Source: Thalia democratica (Eukaryota). From it: a DNA stretch of 64,000 bases. The stretch covers positions 104,532,001 to 104,596,000 of the forward strand of contig OZ241826.1 in the NCBI GenBank assembly GCA_965202585.1, in the 5' to 3' direction. Of this stretch, positions 1 through 13,300 are shown piece by piece. Every line of letters starts with the position of its first letter. Positions within the stretch are counted from its first letter, which is position 1. The notes beneath the pieces were generated by a model. It saw only the letters and a list, made by a program, of their open reading frames with translations. It searched no databases and had not been told where the DNA came from. The position numbers were made by a program, and so were the translations under genes.

Positions 1-437
1 GTACGTTTCTGCAAATCTGCAGAAACTTATACTTATGTGCAAACTGTTAGTCTATACAGAAACGATTGATTAAAGCAATCAATATGATTGATTTATATAA
101 GTTTGAAGAATTATGATGTATAAAAAGTATGTATACAAATACAGTTAAGTTGTCTGTATATTTTTTTGATATGTTGTGTGTTATGAGTCTATACAGAAAC
201 AATTGAGTAAAACAATCAATATTGTTGATTTGTTATGAATTAAAAAAATATATTGTTTAAAATGAATGTATACAAATACAGTAAAGTTATTTGTATCATT
301 GTTTTGTTTTAAGTTTTTGGTTATCCCTTTTGTTAAATATTTCAGGATGACAATACTTGTTTTCAATATAATAAGAAGAGATGGTAAATTTTTATAAACA
401 ACTCTCTAGCTTTTAAACCTATTATTTATATAAAACT

Positions 438-798
438 CAGGGCTGCCAAAATACCTGGAATCCTGGAAATTTAGGCTAAAAACCCTTGAAAAACATGAAT
501 ATGAATTAAAAAAAAAATAACTTGAATTCAAAAATTGTTTACAGGTAAGTAGAAAATTTTGATTTGACACAAAAAGTCTATCATATGAAAAAAAATTCTT
601 TTTATCATCAAAATTTTTTCTATTTAAAACTACACATTTGAAGTTGCTTTACAGTGTCTTTTTAATGTTTATACGCAGTTTTTTTTACTTAAAACTAAAC
701 TTTAAAGTAAAATTAGGCCTAAAAATTGGTATTTTGACAAACCTGGAGGAATTTTTGAAAAACTGGAGAAAATTTGCTAAAAACATTTGGCAACCCTG
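438..798. mobile_element. Non-autonomous TIR element (MITE), CAGGG[T/C]TGCC family, 6-bp TSD AAAACT
   Basis: CAGGGCTGCCAAA ... TTTGGCAACCCTG; AAAACT on both flanks; internal CCTGGA subterminal repeats. Confidence 0.8.
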
Positions 799-1307
799 AA
801 AACTGTGTATAACAGATATATTTTGAGCATCCAATTTTTAAACATTCAATACAAGTTTTCACTCAGTTTTCAAATTAGAATAAATTTCAATTTATTTTTA
901 GTTATATTAACAAATACAAGTTTTTTGAAGCTTATTTCGATTGAGTTACAGCAAAAATTATAAAAAAAAACTTATGCAGGCAAAGAAGCCTTTCCGGAAA
1001 ATTGGAAATTTTTAATTTTCTAATAATACTTAGGTTAAACTTTATACTCATTATTAGATTCTATTTACTTTACACAGACATCGTTTAAGTTTTATCGTAA
1101 CACTTAATTTCAAATTTTAATTTACATGCAGACAAAGAAAGACTTTCCGTCAAGTTTTAGTTACCTAACCATCTTAATTCAGTAACATTTTTCACTCACT
1201 ATTAAGTCACACATAGACATCAGTGAAGTCTTTTAAAACTGTTCAGTAAAGCTGTTTCTTTTAATAAGTCTAAAAGTAATATACTCAATCTCAAACTATA
1301 CTTACAG

Positions 1308-4300
1308 GAAAGGAAGATTTTCCGGAAAACTGGGCCAACTTGCTGCAGGACATGGTGAACCACTTCGCCAGCGGCGACTTTAACAGAATCAATGGTGTTC
1401 TGAGGACAGCTCACTCCCTGTTCAAAAAGTTTGTTTATATTAAACGTCTTTTAGTCAATATATTTATAAAATGTTATGTCAAACTAGTTTAAAGCATTAG
1501 AAATCATGAATACACATGTATATCAAACAACATACAAAACAACTACAGAGGAAAATACTGAACATTTTGTATAATTAGTCATCAGATTTTTTTGATATGT
1601 GTATTTTAATTATTAAGGAAATGTTACAGATGTACAATCATGATTTAAGAACTTTTGAATAACATATGTTCAAAACAATTTTCACAAGCAAAAAGCAAAC
1701 TTACTGAATTTAAAACCGACAAATGAATTAACCACAAACAGGTACAGATACGAGTTCAGGAGCGACAACTTGTACCGCGAAATCAACCACGTGATTGAAA
1801 ATTTCGCCAGCCAGTTCACTGAGTTGTTCCTGCAGTTCGTGCAAATACTTCCCCAGCACGTCAACAACAAGGAGCAAGTCAAGGTGATAAAATAATTAAT
1901 TAGGAAAGACTGTTATGCAGGGTTGCCAAAAAAAATTGGAAACCCGGAATTTGAGAAAATTAAAAAAAAAAAACTGGAAAAACCTAAGATTTTAAACAAA
2001 TTTTACATGTTAAGAAGTAAGTTATAGCTTTGACACAAACAATTTACTATATAGATAAACTTTTAATTTAAAATCACATTCAAAGTAGCTTTACAGTATC
2101 TTTTCAATATTTTATACTATTTAAGACAGTTTTTTACCTTAAACTTAACTTTAAACTAAAAATAGGCCCAAAAGTGTGTACTTTTAAAAACCTGGAGAAA
2201 ATTTACCAAAAACATTTGGCAACCCTGTATCGTACATATTTGCTGTTAAAGTAAGTTTGATAACAGGCAATAAGTTAAGGTGGGTTTTCTGAAAATATTT
2301 AATAAGCACAAGTAGTTAAAAAAAGATTTAAATGTCGTGTTGTTTGATTTTTTATATTTATGCATTGATAAATTAATAGATATTTAAATATACCTCTTGA
2401 AATTGTTTTATCTCTAAGCACACCAGCATAATTTTTATATAACAAAACTTAAATGAATGTGGATTAGCTTTTCTATGCAAACTTTCAGAAGTAGAAAAGT
2501 TGTAAAATTATTTGTACTTGCTGTTGATAACAGCAAATATAATTTTGTTTTTAAACTGATGCTTTTTATTTAACTCACTTTAAGGTTTTAAAGTTTGTTG
2601 TAAATGTGCGAAGTATTTTTACGCACATGTTACTTTAAAACATTTTGTTTTTATACTTCAACCATTTTTGTTAAAAGTAAAACTGATTAGTTTAGAAAAA
2701 AATTATAAAAAGGGTTTTTGTTTTCAACTGGTTATAGAGAGTCGGACACAAAATAAATTACTTAAACTTAGTAAAACAATGAAACTACCAGTTGCCGTTT
2801 TACTAGTACTTTCTAAACACAAAGTAACATTAAAATAATTAGTTTTGATAAAAAAGTATTTGTTTTTGTCTGCCTTAACTTTAATTTCAAAATACGTAAT
2901 TTATAAACATTTTAGTCCCGTACATTTTTTTCCTAAATACTTCATTTCTATTTATTAATATATATGTCTTCATACATACTAACATAACTTTATCAAAAAC
3001 TAAAACAATTGCTTGTTCATTAGTTTGTTTTAAACTACATTGGTAAAAATACACATTTAAAACTAATATTATTTTAATAACAGGTCTTCTATAGCTCGCT
3101 TGTTCTAATCGCTAAAATATTCTACAGTCTCAACTATCAGGTTAGAATTAATTGTTATTTAGTTTACTATTTTTATTTTATTAATTTATTGCTATTATTT
3201 ATTTATTGTTTGTTGAATAATTTTTAGTATCCACAGTCATTATTATATGCCAGCGGTTCTCAACCTTTTTTCAGGTTCTATCCCTTTTTGGAAGGTTCAA
3301 TACCCAATTTACGCCCAAAATAAAGTTTAGACTTAGATTAAACCGAAAGGAGTAAATTTGGTGTTAACTTTCCGAAAAGAGGTAAAACAATAAAAAATGT
3401 TGAGAACCCCTGATCTAAAGTATTTTCATAATTTAAACTTGAAAATAGTCTGCAACTTTATTTAAATTAGATTTTATTTATTATTTAATTAATTATTTAT
3501 TTATTGTTCAAGGACCTGCCGGAGTTTTTTGAAGACAACATGAAAGTTTGGATGGAAAATTTCGAAAGATTGTTGGAAACAAATATCCCTGTGCTAGCCA
3601 CTGATGTCAGTTTGTTTTATTGATTGGTTTTTATACTGTTATATTAATCTGTATAATTTACTTTATTATTTAAATTATTTACATTTATTTTATTAGTTTT
3701 CTTTTATACTGTCGTATTAATATTTTTTTATTTAATTAAAAAAATATTGGAAACAATAATCCCTGTGTCGAAGTAAATCATTTATCAATATTTATTTTAT
3801 TAATTTTTATACTGTTATTTAATCTTTATTATTTTTCTTATTACTAGGAGCAATTGTTCCTTTGTTAGCTACCAATGTAAGTATAGTATTTACATATTTG
3901 TCCTTTGCTTTTATTCAATAAGGCTATTTGTTTTATTAAAGTATTTAGCTACCAATATAATTCAAAACATTACAAGTAGGTTACCTTTAATGATTTTAAA
4001 AACTTATAGCCTAACCACAATGTGATTAAAACTCATAAACAAAATACTTAATGTTAAAAAAAAAATGCAAAATTTAAAAGTGATGGTTTGAAATATATTA
4101 AAGTTATTATTAGTCTATTCAATTGCACGTTTACATTATACTAATTAAAACAAAATTAAACCAACAAATTTTCTTGTAATTTAATATAAAATCACCTAAA
4201 AATGAACAATGAGTATCAAATAGTACAAATAATAGGAAAAAATTTAGTTAGGATGACGACCCAAGATTAGTTGAATGTTTGAGATCACAAATTTTCTTAT

Positions 4301-7300
4301 ACTATGATTTAAAACTATATGAAAATAAATATTGAGTAACAAATATCATAAATAACCTTATAATTCAGGACGATGACGAACCGGGGTTGGTTGAGTATCT
4401 GAGGTCACAAATTTGCATGAACATCTCCATGTACGCTCAAAAGTACGGTGAAGAGTTCAAACCGCACGTCGAAGGATTCGTGGGCAAAACATGGAACATG
4501 TTGGTCGGCACCGGAAGAGAAATGAAATACGACCTGGTATTTGTTTATTATAATTTTTGTTTGTTGTAGTATTTGTTAATATTAATATATAAAATGATAA
4601 TGGCTGTTAGATGAAATGTGATCTGGTTTTTTTAAATAATTTTATTAATTTATTGTAATATTTAGTAATGTTAATATATAAAATGGTAATGACTATTAGA
4701 TGAAGTACGATCTGGTATTTGTATATTATAATTTTTATTAATCTATTGTAATGTTTAGTGTCTAACAAAAATTAAAATTAAGCTAGCTTAAGACGTGAAC
4801 ACTGTGTTTTAATTTTAAAGGTTTTTAATTTACTTGCTAGTATTCCAAAGTGTCAACTTTTTGAAACCGGTTTGTGGTAACAAAAAAAAACACTTATATA
4901 TTGTAAATAACACATATGTATACTAGTTTTTTACTTTCAGACAGCTCGTATCGCACGGAATCAATTTTATGAAATCAGTTTGCGACAATAAAAAAATATG
5001 TATTTTGTAAATAGTATAAATAACAATAATTCTATTATTTTCAAACAGCTCGTATCGTACGGAATCAACTTTTTGAAATCGGTTTGCGAAAATAAAAAAA
5101 CCCATTTATACACTGTAAATACACAAATATATATAATTAATAGTTATTTTACTTTCCAACAGCTCGTATCGCACGGAATCAACTTTTTGAAATCAGTTTG
5201 CGACAATAAAATAATATGTATGTTGTAAATAGTATAAATAATTTACAATAATTCTATTACTTTCAAACAGCTCGTGTCGCATGGAATCAACTTTTTGAAA
5301 TCGGTTTGCGACAGACCGCAGTACAAGCAGATGTTCGAATCTGAGCAGATCATGCTGGAAATTTGTCAGAAGGTTAGTTTTATCATTACTTTTGTGTAGA
5401 AAAATTACAAGCCAAGTCTTACTTTTGAGAGTTAATAAATAATGCATAAATTGTGCTAAAAACATTTATAACTGATATTGTATGCGTGGTTTATTAAATA
5501 ATAAAATAATTCATGCTGGAAATTGTCGTAGGGTTCGTTTTGTTTACTTAGCAAAAATAATAAACAAGTATTATTTCTTTTATTAAAATTTCCGTGTTTA
5601 CTAAAGTAGAGTTACTATAGTCACACGTTGCTTTTATTAAAAACTCAACTTATTAATGCTGTAAATGTGCTTTGTTAAGTAATAAAAACTGACTTTTTAT
5701 TAAGTTTTATTAATGCTATAAATATGCTTGATGAAGTAATAAAAGACATAAAAAAAAAACACATTAAGCTGTGTAGAAAATGGACTTTGTTATTGATAAT
5801 TAAAAAAAATTAAAATTTATTTTTTAAGAGAGTGACACATAAACTAATTGCACACAGTAACATATTTGAGCCAGTTTCTTTAAAAAATTGCTAATTTTTT
5901 GTGGTTTTTTTTATAAAGTTCAGGTATTTTGCCCAAACATTATGTTAAGAGAGTCAAACATACTATTTACTAGTCTTTATTACTTTGATTAATTGTTTTT
6001 TTAGATTAGTTACTCAAACATTTTGTTCAAATTATTCTTATTAATTTACAGGTATTTTGTCCGAACATTATGTTAAGAGAATCGGACGTAGAAATTTTGT
6101 ATATTAAATATTTATTTATTATCATTAATTTTCAGGTAATTTGTCCAAACATCATGTTAAGAGAATCAGATGTAGAAATTTTGTATATTAAATATTTATT
6201 TATTATCATTAATTTTCAGGTAATTTGTCCGAATATCATGTTAAGAGAATCAGATGTGGAACAGTTCGAAGACAACCCTGAAGAATACATCAGAAGGGAT
6301 ATGGAAGGCAGCGGTAAGAATCATAATCCAATTTTGTTATTATTTATATTTAATTTTTAGTCCCCCTACAGTTCGGATGAAAATATATTAAATGGTTTTA
6401 TTAGTAAAATATGCTTTTTTATTTATAAAATTTCGCTATACCAAGAATTACTTTTACTAGTAATTAAATTTACTTATATTAAAGTTGAACTATACATGTT
6501 AAATATAATAATTAATAATGTTCCTGTATTTTTAACAAAAGAATATAAGCTTTTTTTACAAGTAGACAAGTGTATGTTTAATCATTATCCTAATGAATTT
6601 TGATAAAACTCGCAAACATTTACAAACTGTACTGTTACGTCACAAAAGTAATTTCATAATATGACGTCACAAACGTGATTTCAGACGTGGACACGCGCAG
6701 GAGGGCGGCGTGCGACTTGGTCAAGTCGTTCACAAACCAGTTCGAAGAAAGGACGACCAAACTGTTCACCCAATACGTGCAAGAAATGCTCAATGTTGGT
6801 TTTTAATATATTGTATTGTTATAAGGGAAGACTAATATGTTCAAAAAATACTTCAAATTAAATGCTTTGAGTTGCAAGTAATGCTCAATGTTGGTTTTTG
6901 TGAATACTTGTAAATGTTGTATTATTATGAGAAAAACTAAAAGGGAAAAATAAACTATTTCACTTAAATTCTATCTTCAGTTTTTGGGTAAAAAAAAATC
7001 AGAGTAATATTTGACAAATTTTAAACAAGTTGTTGGAAACAGAACTTTTAGTTTTTGTAAAAAAAAAATTTTCAATTTTTTTTCAAAAATTATTTTATGG
7101 ATTAAAAAAAATCCGATGTTTACAATTTGTTTTTACTAATGAAAAGTATTTTTTCTGAAAACTCAAATTAAATTGCTTTAAAAATGAAGGAGAAGATAGA
7201 TTTTTACAAAATTTTGTGAATATTGGCCTTGAAAATCTTGATTCCTTACGGCAGTATTTTTTTTAAACAAATTACGTTATATCTCAAAAGTTAGTTGTTT

Positions 7301-10300
7301 TTTTTTTTTAAATTATCTGAAAAATTATGTACTCTGAAATTTAAAATAAGGGCCAATATTAGTTTTTGTAAAAAAATAAAATTGTTGGACCCCCTATGCC
7401 CTTAATTTGAATAAAAAGTGCAAAACTCGAAGTGTGACTTTTTAAACAGATAGCTTAACTATAAGAACTTATAGCTCTAATGATAATTAACTTTAAAATT
7501 TTATATTTTGTATATAAGTATTTTGTATATAAATTTAAATAAAGTCAATTAGTCAGATGAACACATAAATTTATGAAAGTGGTGTTTGTCTTTTTTAGTT
7601 AAATTTATTATCTTAGGGTATGACCGATTTAGTTTTTTTTCTTTGAGGCCATAAGCACATCAAATTAAGTGCACGAATGTAAGTTTGCCAAAGGCATTGT
7701 TTTAAAGATGCTTATGATGAACAATTTTGTTTGTTGAAACATGCTAAATCACAAAAATGCTCTAAATGGTGGCAAATACGGCTACTGTTATTATGATGGA
7801 TAAAAAGCCTAAATAATGTTAAGTTTTATTTTATTTTAATTCCAAAGTTTTAAAAAGCAACCTTTCAGACCTACTTCAAGTGCCAAGTGTTTTATTATTT
7901 TCAAAATTTCAATAGTTAAAAAAATAAAACTTTTTTGTCCCGTGTAAATTTCGAGTTGAAAATAATAGTGGCATTATTGAAAAGTATAATATCTATTTAA
8001 TAAAAAGCGAGTAAAAAACTGTTGCTCTTCACAAATGAAGCTGTAAAATTTTCACATTATTCTGCATGATCTCACGGTACTTTTTCAGTTACGAAAGATT
8101 TAGGTGATTTTCGTACTTATGTAACAATTTTTTTTAGTTTTAATTTTTTGTCTTTATGCACTTCAAAGTTTAATTTATTTGAGTAAAATCCATTAAAAAT
8201 CCGCAAAAAAGTTCCAGCGACATCATTAATTATTCATGCTTTTGTGTTTTCGCTTGGGATCATATTGAAGATTGAACGTCATTACAATTGGTTTATTGAT
8301 CGAAGTAAAATATTATGAAATATTTTTTTAAGTGATTTATTATAATCATTACAGAAAGGATTTTGTTAATCAATTTAATTTTGTTGTGTAACATAATTTA
8401 TATTGGACTTCATTTAATAACATAATTTTTATTCGTCATTTGATGCTTATTGTATTATTAATTGTTGCTTATTCATCATAGATATTCATTTATTATAAGT
8501 TTTTAAAACCACATTATACAACACGTTGAACAAATTAATAATTTTTTCAAACAACAAGGACACGTGTTAAAATTAGTTTTTACGAGTAGTAGAATATTTA
8601 TATGCAACTATAGTACTTGGTACTCATTAGATTTTATAACGACCTTCACCTTCCGTAGACAAACAGCAGTTTTTTGCAAAATTAAAAGTTGTATAAGACT
8701 GGCTACAAGATTAGTTTTATCTCTAAATTATATCAAATTGAAATTAAGAATATGAAGCAAAGTTTTTTAATTTGTTATAGAGAAAAGTGTAAGCAGTTAA
8801 GTTTTTTTGCACAATTTTACTTAGAATCCGTAATAAAGGTTATAAGCTGACTGAATTGATAGAAATTAAATATTATTGACTTTTTACTAATTTAAGGTCG
8901 TTGTATTTAGTCTGTATTCAATATGATTGTCAACAACAAGTTTTTAAAATTTGAATTTATTTAAGCATATTTGTTAAAGTATAAAGATAAAAGCTTAATT
9001 TTTAAAAGAAGTTAAAAAAGAAGTTTAAAATAATCTCAATTACCATTTTTGGAAAACGTACATATTGTATTTAATGCTTAATTTTGAAAATACTCGCAGC
9101 TACAACACAATAATGGTTTTTGTCAATTCACAGCAAGATTCAATTAACAAATATTCAAATAAATTTTCATAGAAATGAGTCTAATTCGGCGTTAAGACGT
9201 AACAGTTCATCAGAGTTACTTCGCAGACAAAGCACAAATTTCTTATGACGCATATTTATTTTACAAACAGACCTTATACAAGTTATACACCAAAGTAATT
9301 AAATAATTAAAATGTTACTTATGACGTAATAATCGCGCAGGAGTACGCGTCGGATAACACGAGATATGTTAATTAGACTTGAGTAACTAATTAAATTGTT
9401 ACTTATGACGTAATAATCGCACAGGAGTACGCGGCTAATAACAGAGATATGTTACTAAGACTTGAGTAAGTAATTAAATTGTTACTTATGACGTAATAAT
9501 CGCACAGGAGTACGCGGCTAATAACAGAGATATGTTACTAAGACTTGAGTAAGTAATTAAATTGTTACTTATGACGTAATAATCGCACAGGAGTACGCGG
9601 CTAATAACAGAGATATGTTACTAAGACTTGAGTAAGTAATTAAATTGTTACTTATGACGTAATAATCGCACAGGAGTACGCGGCTAATAACAGAGATATG
9701 TTACTAAGACTTGAGTAAGTAATTAAAAAATTACTTATGACGTAATAATCGCGCAAAAGTAAGATGAAGATAACATGAGATGGGTTACTAAGACTTGAGT
9801 AAGTAATTAAAATGTTACTTATGACGTAATAATCGCGCAGGAGTAAGATGAAGATAACATGAGATATGTTACTAAGACTTGATAAGTAATTAAATTGTTA
9901 CTTATGACGTAATAATCGCGCAGGAGTACGCGGCAGACAACACGAGATATGTTACTAAGACTTGAGTTAGTAATTCAGAATTACTTATGACGTAATAATC
10001 GCACAGGAGTACGCTTCAGACAACACGAGATATGTTACTAAGACAATTATTAAAGAAAGTTACTTATGACGTAATAATCGCGCAGGAGTACGCGGCAGAC
10101 AACACGAGATGGGTGCAGAAGGACGCTGCGATCTACCTCGTGACCTCGTTGGCCAATCAGGGAGCCACGAAGGAGCACGGCGCCACCAAGCGGAACCAGT
10201 TTGTCGACGTGGAACAGTTCTTCCACCAACAGATCGTGCCCGAGCTTCAGAATGCCGATCGTGCGTTTTTGTTTATTGTTGCTTATTTTATGTTTTTGTT

Positions 10301-13300
10301 TATTGTTTGTTTAATATCAAATATTTAGTTCTTCTATAAACAAATTATTGCTGTGAACTTCAGAACACTAATCGTATATTTTTATTTATTTATCAATTTA
10401 AGCTGCTCATACTCCTAAATTGCTTATTTTATTCAAGTTCAGACATTTCAGAATTATTTTAAAATATTATCCGAAAAAACGTCTATATAGTTTTGGGATT
10501 TTTTTTGTTTATTATTTACTTTAAATTGCTTATTTTATTGAAGTTCAGATATTTCTGAATTATTGTTTTAAATATTATCGGAAAAATTGTCTCACGGTTT
10601 TGGAACTACAGACCTTAAAGTTTTTTAGAACCAAAATGTAAGAAACGTACTTTTTTTTTTAATGCTATTATTTTCTTTGATTTTTAAAACTTTTGAAAGC
10701 AAGTTCATTCATTGGTCCAGTGTACTAGAAATTTTTACTGACGTAGTAACTTCCCGGAGCTAATTTGCTATATATTTTTACCACTTCTAAATATTAAATA
10801 ATCAGCTTTTCTTTCAGCCATCGACTTAAAAAATTATCTTATCATATAGAAACCAACAATTTACAGGCTTTAATTTCTTTTTTGTTTATAATATACTGAA
10901 GTAGCACTTGGGGTAATCAAATTTTAAGGTTGCTTTAATAATTGATATTTTCAACAACCACCACTGATTAGTGCAATTAAAAGCCTTCTGCAAATGAATG
11001 CATTTGTTTTCTCAGATTTTTAAAGTTTTAAGAAATAAGATCGTTCATTGGCCAATATTGTTCTAAATAATATTAAATAAAACATACACTTTTTCCCAAC
11101 ATCCGCACACTTACTTTAAATCAATCCTGGCCCAGGTGTTGGCAGCCTTTTGTAACACTTTCCAAAAAAGATTGCTCGTGGATCGCACTTTAAAAAAAAT
11201 TTTTTGAGGGCCGCAATTATTTAAAAATAATCATAGTAATTAATAAAAAAATTTAATTCTAAGCCAAAATATTAAAAAATAATCAGTAAAACAGCATTAG
11301 TTGTAAGTTATTACTGCAAAACATTTTTTAATACGTTTTTAAAAGAGTGTGTTTTTAGCTAAAAAGTAGTTCACGGCAGCAAATTTTGTCTTTGAGGGCA
11401 GCATTTGGCCCGCGGGCCGCAGTTTGCCGACCCCTGTCCTAACCCATTGGCACAGGAAATTCTGATGAAATTAATAATGATAAAAAAAAATGAAAAATAT
11501 TTTTTTCTTTTTTTATAAAATATTTAATAATTCCACACAGCCGCCCACTTACCGGTGCTGAAGGCGGACGCTCTGAGGTACGTGGTGACGTTCAGAAGCA
11601 TGTTGGGGAGAAACAACCTGGTGCAATCGCTACCACTCATCATAAATCACCTGGACAACCCATGCAGGGTGGTGCACACGTACGCGTGTCACGTGATCGA
11701 AAGAATGCTCGTGGTGAAGAACCCCGGCGAAAACACACCGCTGTTAGTTTGTTATATGTGTGTAAAACTAACATTAAATCGTTATTGTTTATCAATTAGT
11801 TTGTTTAAATCACCAAGCAAGCTGAAATTATTAGTTATTTTCTATATTGATATATATGAAATTTTTTCGAAAACTCACCGCTGTTAGTTTGTCATATGTG
11901 TGAAACTAACATTAAATCTTTACTGTTTATATATTAGTTTATTCAAATTAGCAAGCAGGCTGCAATTATTGCGATAGTTATTTTCAATGTTGATTTAAAT
12001 AAATTTTTTTTATATACCACTGTTAGTAACTGGTTTTCTTACTTATATAATGTTTCAGTTTGATTAAGAATTTTTAAACCATGTTATGTTAATAAGTCGA
12101 GTGAACTCTAACAAGTATTCATGCAAGCTTTGATTACTATCTATATTTTTTTCAATGGAAATTTCCAAAGGCGACTTTTAACTTTTTTTAATTAAACCTC
12201 ACATTCACAGGATAACACCACAAGACATCGAGCCCCACTTGAACAACATACTAACTAAATGTTTCGCCGCAATGGAGATGGAAGGAAGTAAGGAGAACGA
12301 ATACTGCATGAAATCTTTGATGAGGGTCGTATCACTCGCTCAAGCTTCGTTGTTGCCTTGCATGGAATTACTCGTGCAGAAGTTGCTGCAGAAACTCAAT
12401 GACGCTGCAAGGGTCGGTTGATAAATATTTTGTTTAAATTAATTTAAGTTCGGTTGTTTTGGTTACTTTGTTAATAGAAATATTTTTGCCAGATTTTTTA
12501 AACCTAGAAGTCTTCACAGGGTCTTTGTAGTATGTTGTATTATTTTTTTTAAGGTTAATATTTTTGAATTGGTAATTTTAAACGATAACTTCAAGTCGCA
12601 GCTTATTTAACAACAACACGCCAAGGTTGGTTTGTTTTGATAAATAAATAACTCTGCTAAAGAAAGCGCTTATATTTACAATTAAAAAAATAATTATATA
12701 CAGTTGCTTTGGCACACAGCTTAGTCAAGTAAAAATTTTCATGTTAATCAAACACATTATTTTTTCAAAGCATACAAGAATTTTTTTAATGTGTAAATAT
12801 TGCTTAATAAAATACTACAAACTTGTTTTAATAGACCGATTATTACTATGAAGTTTCCCTGTCATTTATGAAGTTTTACAAGTTGTATCAAATTTACTTC
12901 TTAATATATAAAGCTGTTATGTTTATAAGAAGTATCTTTGAGGTATTAAACTATGATATGTTTGTAAGAAATAGCTCAGAAGTATTAAACTCATGAACCG
13001 TATTTAAAGTACACTCATAGAAGTTTTTGTTTATTTTGAGCTCAACGCGAACAAGCCAACTTAAAAAAATTATTTTTAACCAGTCTTGAGAAATTCATAA
13101 AATTTTTCATTTAAAGCATTTTGTGACGTAGTTGATCAAAATCGTAGATTTACTTTAAAAAAAAATATATATGATAGTCTTAGTAGTATAGATAATCAAT
13201 ATTTGACCTTTTAATTGTGTTATTAGACAACTTAAATATTTGAAGCTGTGTGAAAACACAGTACATATCTTAAAGTTACGAGTAAAGAATAATGCAAAGT

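Noticed and set aside
10109-10339. 76-aa ORF (also 27263-27466, 35619-35846, 39724-40056, 40572-40796, 1220-1414, 1682-1882, 26796-27137, 28004-28195)
   Set aside because: Alternative-frame or antisense overlaps of genuine exons.
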